A DNA stretch of 64,000 bases, taken from Bacteroidota bacterium (GTDB taxonomy: Bacteria; Bacteroidota; Ignavibacteria; Kapaibacteriales; UBA2268). Shown piece by piece: positions 40,795 through 50,781 of this stretch. The notes beneath the pieces are model-generated. The model did no database searches. It was given only the letters and a program-made list of their open reading frames with translations, and was not told where the DNA came from. The translations under genes were made by a program, and so were the position numbers. The DNA is taken from assembly GCA_022707965.1 (NCBI GenBank), contig JAKIZO010000002.1:33841-97840 (forward strand), in the 5' to 3' direction. The number at the start of each line of letters is the position of its first letter. Within the stretch, counting starts at the first letter, position 1.

Positions 40795-43452
40795 TTTCAT
40801 TCCTATGCTGAAATACAAAGCGGGTCTGCCAAAGGCAATTTCCCCATTTTCTTTGAAATAGAAGCTTCTGCCGACGGCGAACCGACCTGGTCCGAGCGGT
40901 GTGTCCATTTCGAAGGCAATTCCCCCGCAGTGAAGAAAATCTTTGAGTGCAATTTCGTCCGTCTGCAACCAAACGTTGCCTAAATCATACCTTGCTGATA
41001 GATATGTATCGAAATATATCTGAAATGGTAGTTTATATCGGGCTTCGAGCGATGCAGTGAAAATCTGCCGACCGCGTTCGGCGTCCTCGCGCAAGCCGTA
41101 GAAACTTGATTGTCCGCCCAGCGAGAAAAATTCAGCCTGCGGTAGCGTTTTATCTGCCGCACCAAACGAAACCGCCGGGCGAATAGTTACATTCTCAATT
41201 GTCAGATTATGATGGTAATAAAAGTATGCTTTGGAGAAACTCACCGACGGTTCGATTGCAATTGCGCCTGTTTCGAGATATAGCTCAATTCGCTGTCCGC
41301 TTCGCGCAAGGAACGAACGGTCCTCGCTATCGAAAATTGTTGCCACCTTTATTGTAGAAATATTGGAAAAGTTTGGTTTAGCCGCATTTTTTGCAAAATA
41401 GCGTTGCTTTTCTAATCTGTATGCAAAGGAAATTGTGCCATTTTTGTCCAGCTGCCGACCGAAATTAGCAATACCGCCAAAGCGTTCTATTGTGGTTTCA
41501 CCTGTTTTGTTGTACTTAAAGTGGTAAGGCGAAGTTCTCTCGAAGCTGAAAATATTTATATCGCGGTAGGAATAATACATCGCTGCCGATAGCGAGAAGT
41601 CCGTTTTGAAGATGCGGGGATTTTCGAGCAGCAAAACATAATCCTGATTGCGGGAACCAATAGTTGTGCGCGCCGAAAGTCGGACGCCCGCATTGAACAA
41701 ATTTTCCTGAATTGCGTCGATTGCAGCCTGACCGTAGCGCTCGCTATCGACTTTTCCGCCTATGCGAAGCGTTTGGGTGCCACCTTCGGTTACCTTTACG
41801 ATGACAACTTTCTTTGCATTTTCTAAATTTTCCTCAATATCTATTTCCACATTAGAGAAAAGCCCCGTTTTTACCAGGTTGTTCCACCCACGGACTAATT
41901 TTTCAGCATTGAGCACCTGCCCGACTTTGAATTTTAGCTCGCGCTGTATGAGAAAATCGCTTGTTTCTTCGTTCCCGATGATAACTATTTCGCCGATGGT
42001 GCCTTCGTCAATTGTAAGAAACAAATTGCCGAAATTATCAACTCTTTCGTTTGTGATAATGGCGTAAGAATAGCCTTCGGAACGGTATTTTTTCAGCAAA
42101 TCTTCCTTAACGGTGGTAATTCCACGCGGCGAGAGCGGAAGCGAAGGATTATTACGCACATAGTTTTGTGCAAATTCTGCGACGGCAGGATTTTCAACAC
42201 CTGCCAAATTTATCGAAGCAAGCGAAGGAAATTTCGTAGCGACAAATTTTACAGTATCTGAAAAAATAATGAGTTCGATTTGCTTGTATTTGTCTGTTTC
42301 GAGTAGTTTTATTACTAAATCGTTGTATTGGTCCTGGCTGAAAATTGAAGCAAGTGCTTGCTCGATAATTTCGCTTTCGGTGCTATCGAAGCCCGCAGTG
42401 GCAATTGATTTGCCCCGAAGCAAATCAATAGAGAAATCTTTGTGATATTCGTTGAGTTTTGAATGGAATTTGGAACGGTATTTTTGTTGAATTAGCGGCA
42501 CCAGATGTTCCGTAGCAATGCGTCCGGCACGGATAAGAGTGTCCAGGTGCGAAAAATCGGTGTTTTTGTGGCGGCCAATGTTTGGTGTAATGATAAAATC
42601 AGCGTATTCTTTTTGCTTGCGGGTGAATTTGTCCATCGAGATGGTAATCAACTGGTCGGCAATATTCCAGGGTGTGTTCAAATCTTCCGAATTTAGTTTA
42701 GGCGAAACGGTATTGATAGCGATAATCAAATCGGGCGAAAATTCAAGTGCTTGCTCGGCGGGAATATTTGCAAAGATGCCACCATCGACAAGTATTTGCC
42801 CGTTGGTGCGAATTGGCGTGTATCGCAGCGGAACAGTTGCGCTTGCACGTATCGCAGTGATAATATTGCCCGATTTCTGCGAAATTGATTCCCCCGAAAC
42901 AATATCGGTTGCCACCGCCCGAAACGGAAATTTCAAATTGTCGAAATTGCCGTGCGGTTTATACAAACTATTCCAGAAAACGCGTTGTAGAGTGATATTA
43001 AATTGGTCGCCTGCGGAAATTGCTTCGGGAACGACAAATTTGAAATTTTTGAAGCGAAAAGTAATTTGCGAGCGGTCTTCGATTATCTTCTGGTCTAAGA
43101 ATAAATCTGTACGGTTGTTTTGCTCTTTGAGAGAAAAAATATCGTTCCAATTGATTGAATATATGAGCGAGTCGAGTTCGAACGGGGAGTATCCCGAAGC
43201 AAGCAAGCCGCCGATTATAGAACCAATGCTTGTTCCGATGATTGAGTGGTAAGGTATTCGATTTTCTTCGAGCACTTCGAGCGAACCCACCTGCGAAATA
43301 CCGCGAGCACCGCCGCCGCTTAGCACTAACGCAACGCGTGGGCTAATTTCGCTCATAGATGGGTAAGTTATTTTTAAGATTTCGGCAGCAGCCCCTGATT
43401 GAAAAATCAGGAAAAGCAAGAACGCAGCGAATATTTTTCTAATATTGCTCAC
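40789..43452 (-). CDS. Patatin-like phospholipase fused to a POTRA/Omp85 beta-barrel (PlpD/FplA-like, type Vd autotransporter architecture)
   Basis: Signal peptide. Patatin motifs GGGARG, GTSIGS (GxSxG) and DGG (LVDGGIFANIP). The C-terminal roughly 450 aa is beta-barrel-like and ends in aromatic-rich strands (..ALYFSIGMKL). Confidence 0.8.
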   Translation of the reverse strand: MSNIRKIFAAFLLFLIFQSGAAAEILKITYPSMSEISPRVALVLSGGGARGISQVGSLEVLEENRIPYHSIIGTSIGSIIGGLLASGYSPFELDSLIYSINWNDIFSLKEQNNRTDLFLDQKIIEDRSQITFRFKNFKFVVPEAISAGDQFNITLQRVFWNSLYKPHGNFDNLKFPFRAVATDIVSGESISQKSGNIITAIRASATVPLRYTPIRTNGQILVDGGIFANIPAEQALEFSPDLIIAINTVSPKLNSEDLNTPWNIADQLITISMDKFTRKQKEYADFIITPNIGRHKNTDFSHLDTLIRAGRIATEHLVPLIQQKYRSKFHSKLNEYHKDFSIDLLRGKSIATAGFDSTESEIIEQALASIFSQDQYNDLVIKLLETDKYKQIELIIFSDTVKFVATKFPSLASINLAGVENPAVAEFAQNYVRNNPSLPLSPRGITTVKEDLLKKYRSEGYSYAIITNERVDNFGNLFLTIDEGTIGEIVIIGNEETSDFLIQRELKFKVGQVLNAEKLVRGWNNLVKTGLFSNVEIDIEENLENAKKVVIVKVTEGGTQTLRIGGKVDSERYGQAAIDAIQENLFNAGVRLSARTTIGSRNQDYVLLLENPRIFKTDFSLSAAMYYSYRDINIFSFERTSPYHFKYNKTGETTIERFGGIANFGRQLDKNGTISFAYRLEKQRYFAKNAAKPNFSNISTIKVATIFDSEDRSFLARSGQRIELYLETGAIAIEPSVSFSKAYFYYHHNLTIENVTIRPAVSFGAADKTLPQAEFFSLGGQSSFYGLREDAERGRQIFTASLEARYKLPFQIYFDTYLSARYDLGNVWLQTDEIALKDFLHCGGIAFEMDTPLGPGRFAVGRSFYFKENGEIAFGRPALYFSIGMKL

Positions 43453-43728
43453 TTAGCGAATTTCGAATGTTACAAAATTGTCCTCGCCCGCGAATTCCTC
43501 GAAAATCACATTATCAACTCTGCTGCGCGAATGTCCTGTGCGAAGAAGCGATTTAAGTCTCTCTATGCTTGTGGGGTCCCCAATTGCAACGCCCGACACC
43601 GTTCCATCGTATTCGTTGCGGACGTAGCCACGCAAGCCCATTGCCATAGCGTTCCGAGCAACAAAATAGCGAAACCCTACGCCTTGCACCAACCCAAACA
43701 CAGTGAATTTTATTTTTGCCGACACCAT
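43453..43728 (-). CDS. acyP: Acylphosphatase
   Basis: VQGVGFRYF signature and GYVRN..DGTV. 91 aa. Confidence 0.85.
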   Translation of the reverse strand: MVSAKIKFTVFGLVQGVGFRYFVARNAMAMGLRGYVRNEYDGTVSGVAIGDPTSIERLKSLLRTGHSRSRVDNVIFEEFAGEDNFVTFEIR

Positions 43729-43776
43729 TTTAACCCTCGAATTCTCAACAACTTAACACAAAGCCATAAACAGACA

Positions 43777-44814
43777 TCATTCAACAATATACTCCTCGCC
43801 GTGAATATCGCGGCGCACCTGAATATTGCCATCGCCAAGAATATTGCGTAAATCTTCTTCCGCAGGTGGCAGCACCTTATCGTTATCCATATATTTTTTC
43901 AGTTCATCAAAAGTTATTTGCTTGTATTTGCCTTCTTCGGGAAAATACAGAGTAGAAATTTGCTTGAAAATATCCACTTTAATAAGTTTAGCAAGACCTT
44001 CTTCTGTTTGAATACGCGATTGTAGCTGAGGATAGTGCCTAAGTGCCTCTGTGTAAGTTTCAATTTCGTAAACAAGGCAGCACTTTAATCTACCGCAATA
44101 TCCGCTAAGCTTTGCAACATTGTTGGAAAGTTGCTGCAAACGGGCGTGTTCCAATGTGATATGGTTGAAATCAGCCAGAAACGAAGTGCAGCAGAGGTTC
44201 AACCCGCACGGACCAAAGCCCGCACCCATACGTTTAGTTTCTTCGCGAGTGGAAATCTGACGCAACTCAATGCGAGTTTTGAAGACGCGAGCGAGTTCTT
44301 TGACAAGTTCGCGAAAATCAATGCGTTGCGGTGCAGTGAAATATATGGTCAAACGTTGGCGGTCGAGCTGCCATTCCGCTTCGGTTACTTTCATATCAAG
44401 TTTGAAATGCTCGACAAGTTCCTTAGTTTTTTTCACCACCGAAGGTTCTTCGGCGGTGTTTGTGAAGTAGCGTTCTAAATCGTCGTCCGTAGCTTCGCGA
44501 ACAACTTTGTATTTAACCGAACGAGCTTTGTGGCAGCAGCGAACGCGAGCTTTTGCCGACGCACCGATATAGGTAACAATGCCTAAATCAACACCATTTT
44601 CGGCTTCCACTACAATTTTGTCGTCGGGCTGAATAGTATCGAAGCCCGTCGAGATATAAAAACCACGCCTATTGCCTTTGAAGAGGACTTCTACAATATC
44701 CTCTTTTGCAAGAATTTCTTGAATTTGCTGAACGTGTTCGATAACTTTGTTGTCGCCGTTTGTTCCATTATTTGCGTGGTTCTTCCCATTTTGATTTATC
44801 TCATTTAATTCCAT
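43777..44814 (-). CDS. PSP1-domain protein (RicT/YaaT-like)
   Basis: Conserved Cys cluster GPCGLNLCC .. CGRLKCCL and PSP1 C-terminal region. Confidence 0.75.
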   Translation of the reverse strand: MELNEINQNGKNHANNGTNGDNKVIEHVQQIQEILAKEDIVEVLFKGNRRGFYISTGFDTIQPDDKIVVEAENGVDLGIVTYIGASAKARVRCCHKARSVKYKVVREATDDDLERYFTNTAEEPSVVKKTKELVEHFKLDMKVTEAEWQLDRQRLTIYFTAPQRIDFRELVKELARVFKTRIELRQISTREETKRMGAGFGPCGLNLCCTSFLADFNHITLEHARLQQLSNNVAKLSGYCGRLKCCLVYEIETYTEALRHYPQLQSRIQTEEGLAKLIKVDIFKQISTLYFPEEGKYKQITFDELKKYMDNDKVLPPAEEDLRNILGDGNIQVRRDIHGEEYIVE

Positions 44815-44966
44815 TAACTCTCCAAATATAAATCTATATCTATATAAATAAAATAAATGAAAAATAATTGAAAAAAATTAACTTTTAATATACAATTAAG
44901 TTTGCTAAAATACAAATTTACAAAAAATGAGAGAATAAATGAACGGTTGAAGTGAGTTGTATTTTT

Positions 44967-45191
44967 TTCAAGGTTGGTCGAATATTTAGAGGCTGAGAAC
45001 CTTCGGAAGGTTTTCTTTATTCGGGGCACATCGTAGGGGCACGGCATGCCGTGCCCCTACATAGTACCATCTTTAATCATCGGTAGCACAGACATTCCTG
45101 TCTGTGATTTCTGTTGCCACAAAAAAGGTATTTTTATATAATGTAGGGGCGTATTGCGATACGCCCCTACCTGGAACCTTCCGAAGGTTTT
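44967..45191. repeat. Repeat cluster: linker and B (44967-45014), C (45033-45060), A (45082-45106), second C variant (45143-45170), B (45174-45190)
   Basis: TTCAAGGTTGGTCGAATATTT..GCTGAGAACCTTCGGAAGGTTTT. GTAGGGGCACGGCATGCCGTGCCCCTAC. GTAGGGGCGTATTGCGATACGCCCCTAC. Confidence 0.9.
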
Positions 45192-45237
45192 CATAATAAT
45201 TCTGTACAATTCTGATGCTACACCATCAATCAGGTGC

Positions 45238-47790
45238 TTACACAATAATATTTATCAATTTATTCGGGACGAAGATGATTTTCTTAATTGCTTTGCCGTC
45301 GACGTATTTCTTCACCTGCTCGTTGTCGAGGACAATTTGCTTGACTTCGTCTTCGCTTGCATCAAGTTTGATTTGCAGGCGGGCGCGAATTTTACTGCAA
45401 ACCTGGACGACAAACTCGATGGTCTGGCGGACGGTTTTCGCTTCGTCGAACTCTGGCCATTCGGCAAATATTATGCTTTGGGTTTCGCCAAGACGCTGCC
45501 ACAGTTCTTCTGCAATGTGCGGTGCAAAAGGTGCCAGGCAAAGAACAAACTTTTTCATTGCCTCTTTGGGTTTTGTCTCGTACTTATAGAATTCATTGAC
45601 AAATATCATCATTTGTGCGATTGCAGTGTTGAAGCTTAAATTTTCAATATCTTCCTGAACCTTTTTGATAGTGTAGTTAAGCACATATTCCTGTTCGTCG
45701 TTCAGCGGTGCATCGACAACTGTCGGGGAAAGGTTGCCGTCCTCATCCAGAATCATTCTCCAAACACGGTTCAGGAAACGGTTCACGCCTTCGATACCTT
45801 TCGAGGACCAGGGTTTAGATGCTTCGAGCGGACCAAGGAACATTTCGAACAAACGAAGCGAATCAGCACCATATTCGTTGATTACTTCGTCGGGATTAAC
45901 AACATTGCCGAGCGATTTGGACATTTTTCGTCCATCTTCGCCAAGTATTAATCCTTGATGGAAAAGCTTCTTGAAAGGTTCGGGTGTGGAAACGTAGCCG
46001 TAATCGTAAAGCACTTTGTGCCAGAAGCGAGCATAAAGCAAGTGCAGAACTGCGTGTTCGGCACCACCGACGTAAAGGTCAACTCCGTCGGGCATCATCC
46101 AGTATTGCTCTTTTTCTTTCGAGCAGAAAAATTCGTCGTTTTGCGGGTCAATGTAACGTAGATAATACCAGCACGAACCCGCCCACTGCGGCATTGTGTT
46201 TGTTTCGTAGCGTGCGCGTTTCCCTGTTTTCTTGTCGATGAAGTCGACCCACTCGGGAACATTCGCAAGCGGCGATTCGCCTGTGCCTGCGGGCTTGAAA
46301 TCTTTCACTTCGGGCAGCAGCAACGGCAATTCGTCGAGGTCTAACGCACGCTTGGTGCCATCTTCGAAAAACATTATCGGGATTGGTTCGCCCCAATAAC
46401 GCTGACGAGAAAATAGCCAATCGCGTAATTTATATTGCACTTTGCGTTGCCCGATGCCGCGAGTTTCGACCCAGTTTATAATTCGTTCAATTGCTTCGCG
46501 GGTAGGCACTCCATTGAGCGAAACTTCGTCGTTTTCGGAATTGACGCCAATTCCATCATAAGAAGTAAATGCTTCGTTCTCTACATCGACCACCGAGCCA
46601 TCAGCAGGGGCAACCACCTGAACTATTGGCAACCGGAACTGACGAGCAAATTCGTTGTCGCGTGTGTCGTGTCCGGGGACTGCCATAATTGCGCCCGTTC
46701 CGTAGTGTGCGAGCACATAATCGGCAATCCAGATTGGAATTCGCTTTCCGTTTGCGGGATTAATCGCGTAGCCGCCAGTTGGGACGCCCGTTTTCTCTTT
46801 GGATAGTTCGGTGCGTTCGAGGTCGCTTTTCTCAGCTGCTTGCTTAATATATTGCTCTACTGCTGGGCGGTTCTCGTCTGTTGTGATTTCGGGAACAAGC
46901 TCGTGTTCAGGTGCAAGCACAAGGTAGGTTGCACCGAAAATTGTATCGGGTCGAGTGGTAAAGACGGTAATTTGCTTGTCGCTTGCGTCAATTTTGAAGT
47001 TAATCAAAGCACCTTCGCTTTTGCCAATCCAGTTTTTCTGCATTTCTTTGGTAGAGTGGGGCCAATCGACAAGTTCCAAATCAGTAAGCAAACGTTCAGC
47101 ATATTCTGTTATTCGTATCATCCATTGACGCATAGGGCGGCGTTCCACAGTATAGCCCTTTTCTTTCCACTCGTCGACTTCTTCGTTGGCAAGCACAGTT
47201 CCGAGTTCGGCGCACCAATTAACAGGTATCATAGCAATATAAGCAAGGCGGTGGCGGTCGCGGTATTCTTCAATTTCGCGTGGGTCAGTTATGTCCTCGG
47301 GAATAGGCAATTCATCGATTGGGCGCGCTTTATTGAGTTGCTTGTCGAAATAAGAGTTGTAAATCAGCAGGAACATCCACTGTGTCCATTTGTAGTATTT
47401 CGGGTCGGTAGTGTTGATACATCGAGACCAATCGTAGCCAAGCCCAATCATATTAAGCTGGCGTTTGAAGTTTTCAATATTTTTTTCGGTTGCGACTGCG
47501 GGGTGAATGCCCGTAGTCATCGAGTAGCGTTCAGTTGGCAGACCGAAGGCGTCGAACCCCATCGGGTGAAGCACAGAAAAGCCCTTCATTCTTTTGTAGC
47601 GGGCAATAATATCGGTTGCAGTGTAGCCTTCGGGATGCCCGATGTGAAGCCCCGCACCGCTCGGATACGGAAACATATCAAGAATATAGTATTTAGGATT
47701 ATTTTTGTTTTCGACAACTTTATTAACGTCATTTTCTTGCCAGAATTTTTGCCATTTTTGCTCAATTTCTTTGAAAGGATAGCCAGCCAT
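45238..47790 (-). CDS. leuS: Leucyl-tRNA synthetase
   Basis: [18 protein letters not shown] (HIGH) and KMSKS motifs, CP1 editing domain. 850 aa. Confidence 0.95.
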   Translation of the reverse strand: MAGYPFKEIEQKWQKFWQENDVNKVVENKNNPKYYILDMFPYPSGAGLHIGHPEGYTATDIIARYKRMKGFSVLHPMGFDAFGLPTERYSMTTGIHPAVATEKNIENFKRQLNMIGLGYDWSRCINTTDPKYYKWTQWMFLLIYNSYFDKQLNKARPIDELPIPEDITDPREIEEYRDRHRLAYIAMIPVNWCAELGTVLANEEVDEWKEKGYTVERRPMRQWMIRITEYAERLLTDLELVDWPHSTKEMQKNWIGKSEGALINFKIDASDKQITVFTTRPDTIFGATYLVLAPEHELVPEITTDENRPAVEQYIKQAAEKSDLERTELSKEKTGVPTGGYAINPANGKRIPIWIADYVLAHYGTGAIMAVPGHDTRDNEFARQFRLPIVQVVAPADGSVVDVENEAFTSYDGIGVNSENDEVSLNGVPTREAIERIINWVETRGIGQRKVQYKLRDWLFSRQRYWGEPIPIMFFEDGTKRALDLDELPLLLPEVKDFKPAGTGESPLANVPEWVDFIDKKTGKRARYETNTMPQWAGSCWYYLRYIDPQNDEFFCSKEKEQYWMMPDGVDLYVGGAEHAVLHLLYARFWHKVLYDYGYVSTPEPFKKLFHQGLILGEDGRKMSKSLGNVVNPDEVINEYGADSLRLFEMFLGPLEASKPWSSKGIEGVNRFLNRVWRMILDEDGNLSPTVVDAPLNDEQEYVLNYTIKKVQEDIENLSFNTAIAQMMIFVNEFYKYETKPKEAMKKFVLCLAPFAPHIAEELWQRLGETQSIIFAEWPEFDEAKTVRQTIEFVVQVCSKIRARLQIKLDASEDEVKQIVLDNEQVKKYVDGKAIKKIIFVPNKLINIIV

Positions 47791-47980
47791 ATTATTTTTC
47801 TATTAATTAAACAAATACAAAAAACAAAAATAACGATTTTTTTCAAATCATAGTGAGATATAATAGATGCATAAGGAAAAAGTAGCAACATTCTCGAACG
47901 AAAATGTACGTGGGAAAACCTTCGTAATGGTCTATGACGGGGGACATATTGTGATTTGCACACAAAGATTGAAATAGGGA

Positions 47981-48020
47981 AAAACTTCGGAAGGTTTGAA
48001 ACCTTCGGAAGGGTCTAAGC
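47981..48020. repeat. Two B modules in direct orientation
   Basis: AAAACTTCGGAAGGTTTGAAACCTTCGGAAGGGTCTAAGC. Confidence 0.7.
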
Positions 48021-48248
48021 GTTGTGATTTAAGAAAAGCCGCGATAGTATAAAATCATCTGCCAACGTGAAATCTCGCAAATACAATTTTCCTGTGCGAA
48101 TCACCTTTCGATTTTTATTCATCGAAGACGTTTCCGAACAAATCGAGAAATTCATAATTAATTGATTTTAGGCTTGCTTAAAATTGAATTACTTTTTAAG
48201 TTTGAATATGTTAAATTTTCATTTTAGAATTATTATTTGGAGAATAGA

Positions 48249-48635
48249 ATGAAGAAGATTGCCGTTCCAGTAACAAGCAACGACCTGATTGACGAGCATT
48301 TTGGGCATTGCGAGTATTACAACGTTTACACAATTTCTGATAGTAACGAAATTGTGGATATTCAGAAAATTAGGTCTGAGCAAGGCTGCGGGTGCAAATC
48401 CAACATTGCATTCACCTTAGCACAAAGCGGCGTATCGATTATGCTTGCGGGCGGTATTGGTTCAGGTGCCGTAAATGTATTGAATGATGCAGGCATCGAA
48501 GTAATTCGCGGATGTTCGGGCAATTCAACTGAAATAGTCAAACAATTTGTTCAAGGGCTGGTTAATGATAACGGCTCGGTTTGCCAAAAACACGAACATC
48601 ATCACGGTGGTGGGCATCACGCTTGCAATAATTAG
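48249..48635 (+). CDS. NifB/NifX-family (dinitrogenase FeMo-cofactor-binding-like) small protein with a His-rich tail
   Basis: MKKIAVPV..HFGHCEYY motif. C-terminus CQKHEHHHGGGHHACNN. ATG at 48249 is preceded by GGAGAA. Confidence 0.7.
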   Translation: MKKIAVPVTSNDLIDEHFGHCEYYNVYTISDSNEIVDIQKIRSEQGCGCKSNIAFTLAQSGVSIMLAGGIGSGAVNVLNDAGIEVIRGCSGNSTEIVKQFVQGLVNDNGSVCQKHEHHHGGGHHACNN

Positions 48636-48649
48636 TATTTTCGTCAAGC

Positions 48650-48687
48650 AAAAAGAGGCTGTATCGATTGTTGCAGCCTCTTTTTTT
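48650..48687. terminator. Bidirectional terminator between the convergent NifX-like and aspA-fusion genes
   Basis: AAAAAGAGGCTG - 12-nt loop - CAGCCTCTTTTTTT. Confidence 0.75.
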
Positions 48688-48713
48688 ATACCAAAATTCA
48701 ATAAATATTGTCT

Positions 48714-50588
48714 CTACTTCTTCTTCAATGGCTTTGGTTCAATCATATTTTCGGGCGAAAGAATTTCGTCGAGTTGTTCTTTTGTGAGCAGGTTTTTCTC
48801 TAAAACGAGTTCGTAGATACCGCGATTTGTTTCGAGTGCTTCTTTTGCAAGAGCGGAACTTGCTTCGTAGCCAATGTATGGGTTGAGTGCGGTAACCAGT
48901 CCAATACTATTTTCAACGTAGGCGCGGCATCTTTCCACATTTGCTGTAATTCCATCGATGCAACGCAATTTCAAAGTTTTGATACCGTTTATCAGCATTT
49001 CCATAGATTCAAAAATACTTTGAGCGATAACAGGTTCCATCACATTCAGCTGCAACTGTCCTGCTTCGGCAGCCATCGTTACAGTCAAATCGTTGCCAAT
49101 TACCTTGAACGCAATTTGATTGACAACTTCGGGAATTACGGGATTGACCTTGCCCGGCATAATGGACGAGCCCGGTTGCATAGGTGGCAGGTTTATTTCG
49201 TTCAATCCCGCACGCGGACCCGAGCTTAGCAAGCGCAAATCATTGCAAATCTTCGATAATTTTATCGCAAGGCGCTTCACTGCCGATGAGAAAATCACAA
49301 ATGCACCTGTGTCTTGCGTTGCTTCCACAAGATTTGAAGCAGATTTGACGGGCAAACCTGTAATTTCCCAGAGATATTGAATAACCAATTCACGGAATTT
49401 GGGGTCAGCGTTTATTCCCGTGCCAATTGCCGTTCCGCCCATATTGACTTCGAGCAGCAGACGAGCGTTCGCTTCGAGACGTTGAATTTCCTCTTCCAGA
49501 GTATCGGCAAAGGCACCGAATTCCTGCCCGAGCGTCATCGGAACAGCATCTTGCAGCTGAGTTCGTCCCATTTTGATAACGTTTGCGAACTCTTTCGATT
49601 TATTGCGGAACGAAGAAATGAGTTCTTTCAACGCTTCCACTAAATTTTGACTTTCGTAAATAATAGCAATATTCAGAGCAGTTGGATAAGCATCGTTTGT
49701 CGATTGCGATAGATTTATATGATTATTCGGGTGGCAATGTTCGTAGTCGCCACGTTCGTAGCCCATAATTTCAAGGGCACGGTTTGCAATTACCTCGTTT
49801 GCGTTCATATTGGTTGAAGTTCCGGCACCGCCCTGGATAACATCAACGATAAAATGAGTGTGCCACTTGCCGTGAATAATTTCTTCGCAAGCTTCGAAAA
49901 TAGCTTCCGCCATACGCGGTGGAAGCAGTCCAAGAGCAAAATTCGCTTTCGCAGCGGCAAGTTTGACCTGCGCAAGTGCCTTTATCAGCAAAGGATAGTG
50001 CGAAATTGCAACGCCTGTGATATTGAAATTCTCGTAACCGCGGAGCGTCTGAATGCCATAATAGAATTCGTACGGCACTTCGCGCCAACCGAGCAGGTCG
50101 TGTTCGCGGCGGGTGCGTCCCGAAATATATTGAGCGGCTGCGTCTGCTACCTGGTTTGTAGTCTGACGCATACGGCGGGAAATTACTCTTGCAACACGCG
50201 AAAGGATTTTGACAACGGCTTGTGCCTGCGATTGCATAAGATTGTTTAGTTTTTCGCGGTGCAGCTGAATGATTGTGCTATCGAGGGCTGCTCTTGCCGA
50301 AGTTGAATGGGGATAGTCGTCCATCAGCGCGCCTTCGCCAAGAAAGTCGTATTTCCCGAATACTGTAAGGATTTTCTCACTTCCGAACGTTGTGCTTTTG
50401 ACAAGTTCGATTTCACCATCGGCAATCATATAAAGGTGAGTGCGTGGAGCGTTTTCCTCGAATAATTTTTCGCCTTTTTTGATTTTGCGGACTTCTGCTT
50501 GATTTGCAATTAGCGTAATTTCCTCGTCGCTTAGGTCCTTGAAAAGCTCTATTTCCTTGATAAACTTTTGAATTTCTTCAACTTTCAT
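48714..50588 (-). CDS. aspA: Cyclic-nucleotide-binding domain fused to aspartate ammonia-lyase
   Basis: The C-terminal roughly 470 aa are collinear with E. coli AspA as I recall it (GGAGTSTNMN, SQSTNDAYPTA, KMGRTQLQDAVPMTLGQEF, GSSIMPGKVNP). The N-terminal roughly 150 aa are CAP_ED-like (FKDLSDEE.., GEKLFEE.., FGEGALM). ATG at 50588 is preceded by GGAGAAAAAT. Confidence 0.85.
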   Translation of the reverse strand: MKVEEIQKFIKEIELFKDLSDEEITLIANQAEVRKIKKGEKLFEENAPRTHLYMIADGEIELVKSTTFGSEKILTVFGKYDFLGEGALMDDYPHSTSARAALDSTIIQLHREKLNNLMQSQAQAVVKILSRVARVISRRMRQTTNQVADAAAQYISGRTRREHDLLGWREVPYEFYYGIQTLRGYENFNITGVAISHYPLLIKALAQVKLAAAKANFALGLLPPRMAEAIFEACEEIIHGKWHTHFIVDVIQGGAGTSTNMNANEVIANRALEIMGYERGDYEHCHPNNHINLSQSTNDAYPTALNIAIIYESQNLVEALKELISSFRNKSKEFANVIKMGRTQLQDAVPMTLGQEFGAFADTLEEEIQRLEANARLLLEVNMGGTAIGTGINADPKFRELVIQYLWEITGLPVKSASNLVEATQDTGAFVIFSSAVKRLAIKLSKICNDLRLLSSGPRAGLNEINLPPMQPGSSIMPGKVNPVIPEVVNQIAFKVIGNDLTVTMAAEAGQLQLNVMEPVIAQSIFESMEMLINGIKTLKLRCIDGITANVERCRAYVENSIGLVTALNPYIGYEASSALAKEALETNRGIYELVLEKNLLTKEQLDEILSPENMIEPKPLKKK

Positions 50589-50616
50589 ATTTTTCTCCAA
50601 TTAAATGAAAATTTAG

Positions 50617-50624
50617 CAAATTTA
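50617..50624 (-). promoter_or_regulatory. Candidate -7 element (TAnnTTTG) for the cNMP-aspA fusion gene
   Basis: The minus strand reads TAAATTTG, 28 nt upstream of the ATG at 50588. Confidence 0.35.
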
Positions 50625-50781
50625 AGTATTTATTGTTTTTTTTCAATAAATTTTCAATATATTTACGAAATTAGTATTGAATGACGAATATATTTATATT
50701 AATTTTAGATTATATTTGAATTTATCGATAAAAATATAGCGAATTGGTTTTTTGATTTATCATAAATAAAGTTGAATATTT

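Noticed and set aside
42518-43252. 244-aa ORF on the plus strand
   Set aside because: Antisense shadow ORF within the patatin-Omp85 gene.
46840-47853. 337-aa ORF on the plus strand
   Set aside because: It is entirely antisense to the strongly supported leuS gene. The sequence is low-complexity with no recognisable motif, a typical shadow ORF.
47791-48236. Possible leader or riboswitch-like element in the 446-bp region upstream of leuS
   Set aside because: I could not identify a T-box specifier/antiterminator or any conserved riboswitch core. The region contains two B repeat modules and AT-rich promoter-like sequence only.
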